64,000 nt of DNA from the NCBI GenBank assembly GCA_965203195.1, contig OZ241860.1:1794334-1858333 (forward strand), read 5' to 3'. Every line of letters starts with the position of its first letter. Positions within the stretch are counted from its first letter, which is position 1. The translations under genes and the position numbers were made by a program. The notes under the pieces are model-generated. The model saw only the letters and a program-made list of their open reading frames with translations. It was not told where the DNA came from and searched no databases. This document shows, piece by piece, positions 8,517-17,308 of the stretch. The DNA comes from Dehalococcoidia bacterium. GTDB lineage: Bacteria > Chloroflexota > Dehalococcoidia > Lucifugimonadales > UBA3495.

Positions 8517-8627
8517 TAGCGTTTCCAATTAGGTGGTTTGGCTATCCGCCGTCATTCCAGCGCAAGCCGGAATCTGGCGTCGCCGGAGACCAGGCGCCGA
8601 CCAAACCACCTGAAAAGAAACGCTACC
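8517..8627. mobile_element. MITE-like non-autonomous derivative of the adjacent IS (its left IR is split by the IS insertion)
   Basis: 'tagcgtttccaattaggtggtttgg' (8517-8541) and 'ccaaaccacctgaaaagaaacgctacc' (8601-8627) are IR variants of the IS ends, enclosing ~60 bp with no ORF. Confidence 0.6.
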
Positions 8628-8716
8628 CACGTCGGCTGTCGGGGAATCCGGGATTGAGCCGTTGCCGGTGTTCCGGGTCATCGATAATCATACCTTGGCT
8701 CTGTAATCTGTAATAT

Positions 8717-8746
8717 GGGGGCACCGGGCTTTTAGCCGGTGCCCCC
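8717..8746 (-). terminator. GC-rich hairpin downstream of the 8809-9475 genes (possible terminator)
   Basis: 11-bp perfect stem 'gggggcaccgg'/'ccggtgccccc' with an 8-nt loop. There is no clear U-tract on either strand. Confidence 0.3.
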
Positions 8747-8808
8747 ATGCCACTTGTCCGCGCGTCCCGGGAAGGTTGCGGGGATCGCCTGTATGCCTTG
8801 ACCCGCGA

Positions 8809-8994
8809 CTACTGCTCGGCCTTGGCGGGTAAGGGTTTGTTGATGGGAGTGCCCCCCGGGGGGTTCCCGGGAGCCCAGGTTACTTGCGATGCGGGGTTCG
8901 GTCGGGGAGCGTTTTGCCCGTGAGTCAAAATGACGGAGTTGGACTCGGGCTTGGTCTCCGCGGCATTATTCGCCGGCTTGGCCTTGTTCGTCAT
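8809..8994 (-). CDS. hypothetical small protein
   Basis: 61-aa ORF that is Pro/Asn/Lys-rich, with no recognisable motif. Coding status is uncertain. Confidence 0.2.
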   Translation of the reverse strand: MTNKAKPANNAAETKPESNSVILTHGQNAPRPNPASQVTWAPGNPPGGTPINKPLPAKAEQ

Positions 8995-9475
8995 GCGGTG
9001 TACCTCCTGTGGTGAGCGCGTCGAAGCTCAAGTAGTCGTAAGCCATCCAGGCAAAATCGGTTTCGTCCTTGTGAACAGCCGTGAAGATGCGAATGCCTGA
9101 TGCGGCCCGGTCGATGATGAATTCGAAAGTTACGGGATGGCGTTCGTCGGGTTCAATAGCAAGTTCGCGTTGCAACCACGGCCTGATGATTTCGCCGAGG
9201 TTCCACCAGGCATGGTCGTAGGCATCCGTTGGGTTGTCCTCGATGCGTTCCCGGTACATGGCGATGACGGTTTCATCATCCATAGGGCTGGTTTGCTGTA
9301 GTAGGCATACCGCCCGATGGAGTCGTACCAGTACCTTGGAGTTGTTGTGCAACGTCGCTTTGACGGCAATCGGCCGGTAGCTTTCCCCTAGGTAGGGATT
9401 TCTAAAAGTCGAAACCGCCGGAACTGCCGTGACGGATTTCGGAATCCGGGGATTCGCCGGCCGCGGCTCTGGCAA
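8966..9475 (-). CDS. hypothetical protein
   Basis: ORF with a plausible globular C-terminal ~105 aa (from the internal Met at 9283: 'MDDETVIAMYRERIEDNPTDAYDHAWWNLGEIIRPW...'). No motif is recognised and the true start is unclear. Confidence 0.35.
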   Translation of the reverse strand: MPEPRPANPRIPKSVTAVPAVSTFRNPYLGESYRPIAVKATLHNNSKVLVRLHRAVCLLQQTSPMDDETVIAMYRERIEDNPTDAYDHAWWNLGEIIRPWLQRELAIEPDERHPVTFEFIIDRAASGIRIFTAVHKDETDFAWMAYDYLSFDALTTGGTPHDEQGQAGE

Positions 9476-9751
9476 GCAATCTATGGAAGCAAGGGACCAG
9501 GGGCATTGCCTGGCGGTTATTCAGGCCGGCCGGCATTGGACTGGTGCGGGGCGGTGCGATGTCGGCCGCGTCGTGCGGGATGGCCAGCCCCGTGCCAAAA
9601 TGATTTTGGGAGCGCCCCGATCCGCGGGCCGGGGCTGATTCGGTGCTGGGTCCGTGGGCTTTTCTTTTTGCACCGCGCGTCTTATCAGTGCGGCCCGGCT
9701 TATGCCGGCCATTTGGGTACGCGTTCAGTCCGGGTTCCAATCACTGCGTCA

Positions 9752-10081
9752 TTAAAATCCGAATTGGTCCAGTTCATCGGATTCCCGGTCGTGCCATTGC
9801 GCTTGGCGTTGATAGCTATCCGCGATGCGTTGCAACAAGGCCGCGGTATGCGGCCATTTGGAGGCCATCATGCTTGCCTGTTGCTGGTATTTATCAGCCA
9901 GCGCGCGCTCCTGATTGCCGCCAGCGAATATAGCGCGCGTGGTTACTCCCCTGAGGTTGTGTTTTCCGCTGACGAATCCGGTTCCAATGCGCTGTGCGCC
10001 GGTTGCGAGCAGCTGTTCCAGTAACTCGCGCACTGGCGCGCAAGGCCATAGGCCATCTTCGTCGTCAGGCGCGTTGATCAC
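9752..10081 (-). CDS. hypothetical protein, last gene of the Ubl/DUF2971 operon
   Basis: 109 aa, starting 18 nt after the stop of the DUF2971-type gene. It has a helical 'GGNQERALADKYQQQASMMASKWPHTAALLQRIADSYQRQAQWHDRE' segment. The family was not identified. Confidence 0.45.
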   Translation of the reverse strand: MINAPDDEDGLWPCAPVRELLEQLLATGAQRIGTGFVSGKHNLRGVTTRAIFAGGNQERALADKYQQQASMMASKWPHTAALLQRIADSYQRQAQWHDRESDELDQFGF

Positions 10082-10099
10082 CTTGCATGGTCGTCGATT

Positions 10100-11131
10100 C
10101 TATCGACTGTCGGATCCCCGGTAGGGGATTGTGGATGACCTGACCCATGTGTGTTGCAGTCCCGCTCTTTCGGCAAGGTTTGCGATGTGCTTTTGAGCAT
10201 CACTCTGGCGCCGGACCCGAGGCCCAACGATGATTCCGGATCCGGACCTGAAAATGCCGTCCTCATGGCTGGTGGACAGATGATTGTGCTTGTGGTAGGC
10301 GCGGAATTGCCCGTTCCTGTATTCCGTATGCTGATTCACCGTTCCGTTGTCGCCTTCGGGCAGGACGACGATCCTGGACTCTCTTTCGTAGTCGTAGGCT
10401 TCGCTCTTGTATAGGTAGCTGATCAGTCGCAACTGTTCCCGTATGACGCGCTTCGCTTCCTGCTCCGCCGCTTCGTTGCCCAGTTTCTGGATCGGCACCA
10501 GAATGCGTTGACAGTATTCCGCTATGATGGCGGCGGTTGCACGTGCCTCATCTTCACCGTACCGCACCTTGCGCAAATCGCTTTCAGGTATCGTCACAAC
10601 CAGCGATACGCCTTCTCCGTCGTTGCCGTAACTGCGCCAGAGGGGCAAGTTGTCGGCCGCTTTGCGTACGTCTCGGGGACCGCGTGGCGTGACAAAAGAT
10701 GCAATGTAGGCATAGTTTTCCTCGATGAATGGTCGCTGCGGCGGGAAAAATTCTCGTAGCGACTCTATCCTGTTCGGTCCGATCCTGGCTTCGTACAGGT
10801 ACAAGCCTTCACCCGGATCGTTGAACGCGTCGGATGCGTACATCCGAAGATGGGCGTATTTTTCCGCCGCGTCGTTGGTGTTCTCCAGCAGATGGATTGC
10901 GGTCTCTACTTTGGTGTAGTGGACGACTTGGAGGGTAGAGACAGATTCCTCGCCGGCCCGTATGTGCTTGGCGTCCATAATGTTGGACGCCACGTTGGCC
11001 GTTGCTTTCGCTATCGCAGGGTGGATTTCATTGGCGATGGCGCGAAGGTTGTAGCTGTAGGATGATTGGGTGATACGCGCTACGGCTTCTTCGAGCACCA
11101 TGATCTGCTGGTAGGTTTCGCTGAAGTCCAT
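10100..11131 (-). CDS. DUF2971-type protein (putative effector of the Ubl operon)
   Basis: Start taken at 'MDFSETYQQ' (11131), 28 nt after the E1 stop. 'LQVVHYTKVETAIHLLEN...LRMYASDAFNDPGEG' matches the DUF2971 'YHYT....L......NDP.E' signature, from memory of the family. Confidence 0.55.
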   Translation of the reverse strand: MDFSETYQQIMVLEEAVARITQSSYSYNLRAIANEIHPAIAKATANVASNIMDAKHIRAGEESVSTLQVVHYTKVETAIHLLENTNDAAEKYAHLRMYASDAFNDPGEGLYLYEARIGPNRIESLREFFPPQRPFIEENYAYIASFVTPRGPRDVRKAADNLPLWRSYGNDGEGVSLVVTIPESDLRKVRYGEDEARATAAIIAEYCQRILVPIQKLGNEAAEQEAKRVIREQLRLISYLYKSEAYDYERESRIVVLPEGDNGTVNQHTEYRNGQFRAYHKHNHLSTSHEDGIFRSGSGIIVGPRVRRQSDAQKHIANLAERAGLQHTWVRSSTIPYRGSDSR

Positions 11132-11159
11132 TTGTCCGCTTCTCCTGGCGCTTCTGCGC

Positions 11160-12539
11160 TCACTTCTCGATGTAGGATGGCTTGACCCTGTCGCCGCCGG
11201 CTTTGCGCGCCGGGAACGGGCAGTAGTCTTGGCAGCGCTCATTGATTACGCGGGTCTGCCCGGTGATGAATTGGCAGTCCTGCTGTTTTACTTCAGGCCA
11301 CCAGTCCGGGCTGAGCAGATACCGCAACATCAAGTTGACGGCCATGCCCGCCACGCCCAGACTGAACGGGAACACATTCTGGCCTTCCGGCCGGCTTGCC
11401 TTGGGCAACGCGCTGATGTAGGAAGGATTGTCCAGAGAGCCGTCCAGCTCCGCGCTCACCATGCCTGTATTGTACTGTCCGTTGCAACGCAGGCACTGGT
11501 GATACGGAGTTACGATGTGCGCCCGCCAGTGGGCGTGGCTGAACTGTCCGTGCCGGTTCAGCGGGCCGACGCTCACGCCGCAATCGATGACGGGCACCAG
11601 GTGGGCGTTGGCGATGTGATTCAGAACGTCCCGGGCTACGGGCCGGTCCACGCAACTGAAAATTATATCGCAGTCCAGCGCCGCTAGGTAGGCGTCATTG
11701 TCCTGTACCGGCAGAGGCAACGCGGTGATTTGGGGCCGGTCCGCGGTGGCGTGAAGTTCCATCCGGTCTTTCGCCAGTTCCACCTTCAGTCTGCCAACAT
11801 CGTTTGTAGTTCCGTAGAGCAGGCGGTCCAGGTTGTGCGTCTCCACGCGGTCCGGGTCGATGAGAGTCAGGTCGCGCACTCCGATGCGCGCCATGGCTTC
11901 AGCGACGATGCAACCGACGCTGCCTAGTCCTGCGATGCCGACGCGTAGCCGCGAGATGTCGTTCTGCGCCTGGTCGCCCCAGCTGTCATGGGTTCGCTTC
12001 AGAACCTCGCGCCGGGGGCTTGGCCTGGCTCGCCGGTCGTTGAAGCGTAGCACGTAGGATTTGGGGCCGGCGATGCGCACCTTGTCGCACCAGTCCGGCC
12101 GGCTTTGCCCCTTGCGCCAGAAGCGGGCGCTCCAGTAACCGTCATTGCCGACGGTCAGCCCAACCAGGGGCAACCCGGCGGCGCCGGCGACCGGGGCCAG
12201 AACTTTCTGTTCGGCCCTGGCGTCGGCAACACTCAACGGTTGCCATCCGTGGTGTGGATGACTGTGCATGAACGCCAGGCCGGAGCCGCGCCGACAGGCT
12301 TCCGCAACGGCTCTGGCCGCGTAGCGGGATTGGAAGCTGGCGTTGCCGTGTAGGTCGCGCTCGCCGGGTTCCGGTGTGATGATCCGGTCGATCAGAGCGG
12401 TGACGCGGCGCGCTCCGGTAGAGGGTTGCCACAGGGCAAAGCAGAGGTCCTCCTGCCGCTCTCCTTTTCGGATGTGTTGTAGGAGGTGGTCGGAAGCGGT
12501 TTCGTTGGCCTCTGCGGTGAGGGCGGCTTCGTATTTCAT
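11160..12539 (-). CDS. fused JAB/JAMM metallopeptidase and ThiF/E1-like adenylyltransferase
   Basis: N-terminal JAMM 'EDLCFAL...HSHPHHGWQPLSVAD'. The central E1 Rossmann is 'VGIAGLGSVGCIVAEAMARIGVRDLTLIDPDRVETHNLDRL', with Cys pairs 'CLRC' and 'CQDYC'. The start ATG at 12539 forms an ATGA overlap with the upstream stop. Confidence 0.8.
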   Translation of the reverse strand: MKYEAALTAEANETASDHLLQHIRKGERQEDLCFALWQPSTGARRVTALIDRIITPEPGERDLHGNASFQSRYAARAVAEACRRGSGLAFMHSHPHHGWQPLSVADARAEQKVLAPVAGAAGLPLVGLTVGNDGYWSARFWRKGQSRPDWCDKVRIAGPKSYVLRFNDRRARPSPRREVLKRTHDSWGDQAQNDISRLRVGIAGLGSVGCIVAEAMARIGVRDLTLIDPDRVETHNLDRLLYGTTNDVGRLKVELAKDRMELHATADRPQITALPLPVQDNDAYLAALDCDIIFSCVDRPVARDVLNHIANAHLVPVIDCGVSVGPLNRHGQFSHAHWRAHIVTPYHQCLRCNGQYNTGMVSAELDGSLDNPSYISALPKASRPEGQNVFPFSLGVAGMAVNLMLRYLLSPDWWPEVKQQDCQFITGQTRVINERCQDYCPFPARKAGGDRVKPSYIEK

Positions 12540-12907
12540 ACATCCTTCCAGATGCGGCCGATGTGTTCCTTCACGTACACGCTCATGTGTTTGGTGGGGC
12601 GGCGGTCCCAGAAATCGCTTGGCGGCCGGCTCATTGCCAGCCATTGTCGTCCTTCCGTATCCTGGTAGATTTCCTTGGCGCCGCCGCGTCCGTCGTCAAG
12701 CGGCGGAGATATGTGCACCCAGTGCGGCGGATATTCCGGGTACTCGCCGTCGGGGTTGCTGACGCCGATGTGGACGGTTTTGCCGGCGTGGGAACCGCAC
12801 TCCATTTGATATTCGAAAGCGATGACCGTGCCCTGATTCCATTCAAAGACCTGTGTGGGGTAGCCGGAACCTTCCAGTTCCATGCGGATGCGCTCCGTTT
12901 GGTTCAT
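12536..12907 (-). CDS. E2/UBC-fold or RWD/UEV-like protein (prokaryotic E2 family-E-like)
   Basis: 123 aa with 'GEYPEYPPHWVHISPPL...GRQWLAMSRPPSDFW'. The only Cys is C37 ('MECGSHAG'), not at the expected catalytic position. Confidence 0.5.
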   Translation of the reverse strand: MNQTERIRMELEGSGYPTQVFEWNQGTVIAFEYQMECGSHAGKTVHIGVSNPDGEYPEYPPHWVHISPPLDDGRGGAKEIYQDTEGRQWLAMSRPPSDFWDRRPTKHMSVYVKEHIGRIWKDV

Positions 12908-12978
12908 GGTGAAATAACCTCTTTGCGCGCGACCGCCAGCAGTTACGCGCTGGCGGTCACGGCTACGCAGTCTTGGCG

Positions 12979-13236
12979 TCAGGCTACTTGGGTCGGCGTG
13001 TTGGGAAGGGAGATGAAAACGTTGTCCTTCTCCAGGTCAACCTGTTCGTTCCGGCCGTATTCCCTGTCATCGACAAGGATGCTTTTCAGGATGTACTCAT
13101 CCGGCGCGCCTGTGATTGCATTGTGCTTTTCGGCCAGCTCCAGGATGTCGTGGGCTACCACGAAACGGAACGACATCTCCATCTCGTCCCCGTTGACCTT
13201 CAGCGTGTAGGTGGTGCCGTCGTTCTGAGCAGTCAT
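12979..13236 (-). CDS. single-domain ubiquitin-like beta-grasp protein (multiubiquitin-family-like)
   Basis: ATG at 13236 preceded by 'aaggagagg'; 85 aa. 'TYTLKVNGDEMEMSF..VVAHDILELA...EYILKS...EQVDLEKDNVFISLPNTPT' fits the multiubiquitin repeat pattern. The C-terminus '...TQVA' lacks Gly. Confidence 0.55.
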   Translation of the reverse strand: MTAQNDGTTYTLKVNGDEMEMSFRFVVAHDILELAEKHNAITGAPDEYILKSILVDDREYGRNEQVDLEKDNVFISLPNTPTQVA

Positions 13237-13549
13237 GGCAATTCCTCTCCTTCTTCGGTTGAGGCGTGGCGGCAATTGGCGAGGTTTCCGGTTCTCGTCG
13301 TAAGAATTTGGCATTCTGACGGTTCTGTCCGATACGTTCATTTTCCCTGTCGACGCAAGGGCAGGGTTGCCCCCAGCAGGCGTAACCAGACGCCATAAAC
13401 AACATCCATGTTACCACCCGATTTTGCCGAAGGGTAGGTATCGTCATATGATTAGGGTTATTCAAAAGTGGGCTACTTCCGCTTGGCGGCGGGATTGCGG
13501 TTCCGCCTGCTGCTTGCCTCCCTCGGGTGCTTGGGGCGACCCGTGGCGG

Positions 13550-16500
13550 TTAGGCTGCCGGCGTGCTGTGCCGCGGCAGTATAGCACGCGCCTGCTCGTC
13601 AATCAAGCCGCTTATGCCGTTGGCGCGTAGCTCCCGGCGGATGGCTTCGCATAGCTTGATTTGCCCCGTGTCGGACGGCAGCCGGTCCCGCACGCCGGCA
13701 GCCGCCTGTTCCGCAGCGGCGCACAGCGACGCCAGCTCCCGGTGCCGCCCGTTCCCCCCATCATAGCGCGGGATGGGCACGGCGCGCCAGATGTGGTGGG
13801 CAAAATGACGGTCGGATTTGCGGCTGTCCTGGTACGCAGGTTGCAGGCAATCCGCGTTAAGCACGGCGACGAGGTACGCTGCTTCATCTGGAGTCAGTAC
13901 CGCAAGGTGGAACGTGGAGTTGTCGGCAATGTGATTTGCCGTCGTCCGCGCCGCGCGCAATGTCTGCCCGGCCAAGTTGTAAATCACTTTGGTAGGCGCA
14001 TTGCCGGCCCGGTTGGGGCCAATCTGGGCGAGTAGCCCGCCCTGGTGGTTAATACGGTCCCAGAGGGTTTGGGGAGTGGCCTCCCCTTTGCCTCTATTAG
14101 GCTGGTAGGCCGTCATTTCCGCCCAGCTCCAGTATTCATCCGCATCCCGCCGGGCGTCCAAATCCCGTTGGGTTGTTAAGGGAATGATCACTTTGCTGAC
14201 TTCCCCTCGCAGCGTGTAGTTCAGCAGGTCTTGCGAATAGACGGCATCGCTGATGTAGCGTTCCGGCACACTGCCGGCCGTGCCATTGAATTGGGGCCAA
14301 GCGGCGTGCCGGGCGTCGTCGGTTATGAAACTGACACGACGTCCTTTCCGGCCAGTGACTTTGGCGATTTTGACCAGGCTGTGGGGGAACAGCGTAGCCC
14401 CGTTGCGGAAATCAGGTTTGCCGCCGGTGAAGTATTCCGACCGTTCCGCTATGAAGCCTGCCTGTTTGACTACGATTGCCGAATTGGCCTGCGCCGTGGC
14501 GGCATCGTCGGCGCGGCGCACCCGCCGGCCGTCCTTATTTATCATTCTGGTCTGCGCCGGGCCGCCGGCGGGGGCCGTCCCCTGGATCAGGGCGCAGGAC
14601 TTGGCGCCGGTAAAGGGGGCGTCTTTCAGTTCGCCGAAGTCCAGAAACTCCGCGTTCCAGTCCTGGCTCTGTTCCCGCACCCGCTGCCAGTTGCTGCCCT
14701 TGATAGCGGCGCTGTTCAGCGCCCAGGCCACGCGGTTGTCGGCGTCGTTGCGCAGGTACATTTCGCGGCAGCGGATGACGAACAGGCCGCCGATGTCAAA
14801 GCCGGTGTTGGCCTTGCCGCCGGGCCACAGGTTCATATTGCCGATGAGCTGCTCCAGTTCCCGCTTGCGGCTCGCCACCTGGATATTGCTCATCCGCACC
14901 CAGGGCGGGTTGGCCAGGATGCGGTCCACCTTGCGCTCCTTGAGAGCGGCGGGGGATACGCTGTTGAAAATGTACCAGGCCCAGACGCTGTTGCCTTCCT
15001 CCTGGATAACTTCCCGCAGGGTTTCGTAGGTGCGGGCCAGGGTTTGGCGGTCGGATTCCAGCAGTCCGTCCAGGGCGTCGGAGGGCAGGGGTTGGTCCAG
15101 GTTGGCGGCGGCCACGAAGCGCTGCACCTTGGCGCCGAAGCCGGGGCGGGCCGCCCACTGGGTAGGTATTTGCAGATAGCGCCCGGCGCGGGATTCCAGG
15201 GTGTGGTAGGGCAGCCCGGCGGTGTTGGCCAGTTCCATACCCCGGTGGGTGTAGATCAGGGAATCGCCCTGGTAGATTTGCAGGGCTTCACTGCCGCCGG
15301 CCGGCTCGGCGGGCAGGGCGCGCATCAGGGTGGCGCGGCTGATTTCGGCGGCAATAGGGTGGATGTCAATGCCGTTGACCATCCGGGCAATGAAGTCGGC
15401 CTGCTCGGTGGGCGTGGCGCCGGCCTGTTGCAGGGCGGCGCTGTTGCGGATACGCAAGGCGGCATGATAGAGGAAGGTTCCCGACCCGCAGGCCGGATCC
15501 AGGATGCCGACGCCGGCCGGGGCGTCGCCGCTGTGCAGATAGCGGGCCACGGCCCGTTCCAGCCAGGCGTCGTCAATGATGCGGTCGGCCAGCATTCCGG
15601 CCAGCCAGTCGGGGGTGTAGTACTCGCCGAAGGCTTTGCGCTGGGCGGCGGGTATCAGCTCCTGGTAGATGTTGCGCAGCACATCCCGGGTGCGGGGACG
15701 CCAGTCGTAGGCATTGGCAGTGCGAAACACCTCCCGCGTCCAGTCCACGCCGGGCTGGTAGGTGGGGCCGTTTTCGTCCCGGTTTTGAGGCCAGGAGGCG
15801 AAGCCTTCGGCCATCACGCTGGCCGGGTCCTCGGGGCGTTCCCAGTCGCTCATGGTAGCGATGACGGCGCGGGCAATGGTGACCAGCAGGGTGTGGCTGA
15901 GGAACAGGTCGGTTTCCTCGTCCGCGCTTTCCGGGGCGCAGCCCGAGCCGCGCAGCATATCCAGCCAGAGTTCGCGCTTGGTCTGCGTGGCGGGTTCATC
16001 CTGCAACCCGGAGTAAAGGCGGCGCAATGGTTCCAGATGGGGCGTGAAAATGTCGGTGGGATTGGCGGGAATGACGGGCCGGGTTGCGGCGGCGTCGGCA
16101 AAGATTTGGTGTAGGGCTTCGTGGATGCTGCCCGTTTCCTGCGTCCGGGCGTAGATGTCGGCCAGCAGCTCCGGTGCGGTGCGCTGGGGCAGATCCCGGC
16201 TGACGATGATGCGGCGGAGTTCCGTCCGGTCGCCGCCGGCCGGGAGGGGCCACACGAACTCCAGCCGGTCGTTGGGGCCGTTGCTGAATGCCAGCAGGGG
16301 GTCGGTGCCGACGCGGTCGGTCACGGCCCGGGCTGCCGCTGCGGCGGCGCTTTTGTTGATGCGGGTTCGTGTGGGGTCGGGGAGGGCAATGTAGGCTGCG
16401 GCAACGCCGTCATAGTCGGCAATGTGGTGGGCATCGGCCGGCAGGTTGTCGTGGGCGGGCAGCGGTATAACGCCGTGGGCCGGTTCAAAGTCCAGAGTTT

Positions 16501-16825
16501 CGGCGAACAGGGTACGCAGCCGGTTGGCGCGCTGGCCGGCGTCGGCCGCGGCAAAGATGCCGGCAATGGCGATGGCGACGCGGGCGGCGTCGGTGTCATT
16601 GGCGGCCTGGTCTGCGGTCGGTTCCGGGCGCATTGCTTCCCAATCCTCCATTTCTTGCTGTAGATCCTGTAGTACGCTTTTCGCCGCGTCCAGTTTGACC
16701 TGGCTTATGGCCGGCGACTCTCCGGGGATGCGTTGGGCTTCGCCGCTTTCCATCAAGGCGACCAGGCGGGCGAACTGGCGCGCCCGCTCTTGCGTCACCC
16801 GGTACTCGTTTTCGTTGGCAATCAT
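13550..16825 (-). CDS. large N6-adenine DNA methyltransferase (Eco57I/PglX-like gamma-class)
   Basis: 1091 aa. SAM motif I 'GILDPACGSGTFLYHA', motif IV 'ILANPPWVRMS', 'EYYTPDWLA', and an N-terminal 'RLRTLFAETLDFEP' as in defence-type methylases. Confidence 0.8.
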   Translation of the reverse strand: MIANENEYRVTQERARQFARLVALMESGEAQRIPGESPAISQVKLDAAKSVLQDLQQEMEDWEAMRPEPTADQAANDTDAARVAIAIAGIFAAADAGQRANRLRTLFAETLDFEPAHGVIPLPAHDNLPADAHHIADYDGVAAAYIALPDPTRTRINKSAAAAAARAVTDRVGTDPLLAFSNGPNDRLEFVWPLPAGGDRTELRRIIVSRDLPQRTAPELLADIYARTQETGSIHEALHQIFADAAATRPVIPANPTDIFTPHLEPLRRLYSGLQDEPATQTKRELWLDMLRGSGCAPESADEETDLFLSHTLLVTIARAVIATMSDWERPEDPASVMAEGFASWPQNRDENGPTYQPGVDWTREVFRTANAYDWRPRTRDVLRNIYQELIPAAQRKAFGEYYTPDWLAGMLADRIIDDAWLERAVARYLHSGDAPAGVGILDPACGSGTFLYHAALRIRNSAALQQAGATPTEQADFIARMVNGIDIHPIAAEISRATLMRALPAEPAGGSEALQIYQGDSLIYTHRGMELANTAGLPYHTLESRAGRYLQIPTQWAARPGFGAKVQRFVAAANLDQPLPSDALDGLLESDRQTLARTYETLREVIQEEGNSVWAWYIFNSVSPAALKERKVDRILANPPWVRMSNIQVASRKRELEQLIGNMNLWPGGKANTGFDIGGLFVIRCREMYLRNDADNRVAWALNSAAIKGSNWQRVREQSQDWNAEFLDFGELKDAPFTGAKSCALIQGTAPAGGPAQTRMINKDGRRVRRADDAATAQANSAIVVKQAGFIAERSEYFTGGKPDFRNGATLFPHSLVKIAKVTGRKGRRVSFITDDARHAAWPQFNGTAGSVPERYISDAVYSQDLLNYTLRGEVSKVIIPLTTQRDLDARRDADEYWSWAEMTAYQPNRGKGEATPQTLWDRINHQGGLLAQIGPNRAGNAPTKVIYNLAGQTLRAARTTANHIADNSTFHLAVLTPDEAAYLVAVLNADCLQPAYQDSRKSDRHFAHHIWRAVPIPRYDGGNGRHRELASLCAAAEQAAAGVRDRLPSDTGQIKLCEAIRRELRANGISGLIDEQARAILPRHSTPAA

Positions 16826-17259
16826 GGCAGTGTCCTCAAATCGATGGCGACGATTCCTTTGGGGTTGACCTGGCGGTCGGTTTGGAAAAATTCGAAAAAA
16901 GTGCGCCCCTGTTTATCGGCAACAGCGTCCGCAGGGAATAGTTCGCCACCGTAGGTTTGCTTCTGCGCCTGGCGTGAATTGCTGAAGTCCAGCAGCGCGG
17001 GATGCAGCAGGTCAAGGTTCACGCCGTAAATTTCCCAGGCGGCGTCGAAGTCGCCAGGGTGTTCTTTATCGGTTACGAAACTGCCATTGAGATAAACTCT
17101 GGCGCATCCGGCCTGCTTCAGGTTTTGCAGGGCTTGGAACAGGCCGTCCAACAGCGCCTGCCGATGCGGGTTGGTTCCAAAGCGATGAGCTACTTCCTGC
17201 CAGGTGGCTTCGTGAATGCCGGGCGGCAGGTTGCCGTTGGGGAGAAAGCGTGGAATCAT
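16822..17259 (-). CDS. minimal nucleotidyltransferase (MNT/DUF6932-like)
   Basis: 145 aa with 'RVYLNGSFVTDKEHPGDFDAAW' (GS...DxD). Its stop overlaps the methyltransferase start (ATGA at 16822-16825). Confidence 0.5.
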   Translation of the reverse strand: MIPRFLPNGNLPPGIHEATWQEVAHRFGTNPHRQALLDGLFQALQNLKQAGCARVYLNGSFVTDKEHPGDFDAAWEIYGVNLDLLHPALLDFSNSRQAQKQTYGGELFPADAVADKQGRTFFEFFQTDRQVNPKGIVAIDLRTLP

Positions 17260-17308
17260 CCGAACATCCCGGCGGCGGGATTAGGCGATTATAGGCAGGG
17301 CCAGCAGG

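Noticed and set aside
9476-9751. A 63-aa minus-strand ORF beginning 'MAGISRAALIRRAVQKE', reminiscent of the helix of a ribbon-helix-helix antitoxin.
   Set aside because: An in-frame stop lies five codons upstream of the Met, so the N-terminal beta-strand of an RHH fold cannot be encoded. The rest of the ORF is Pro/Arg-rich low complexity. At best it is a gene remnant.
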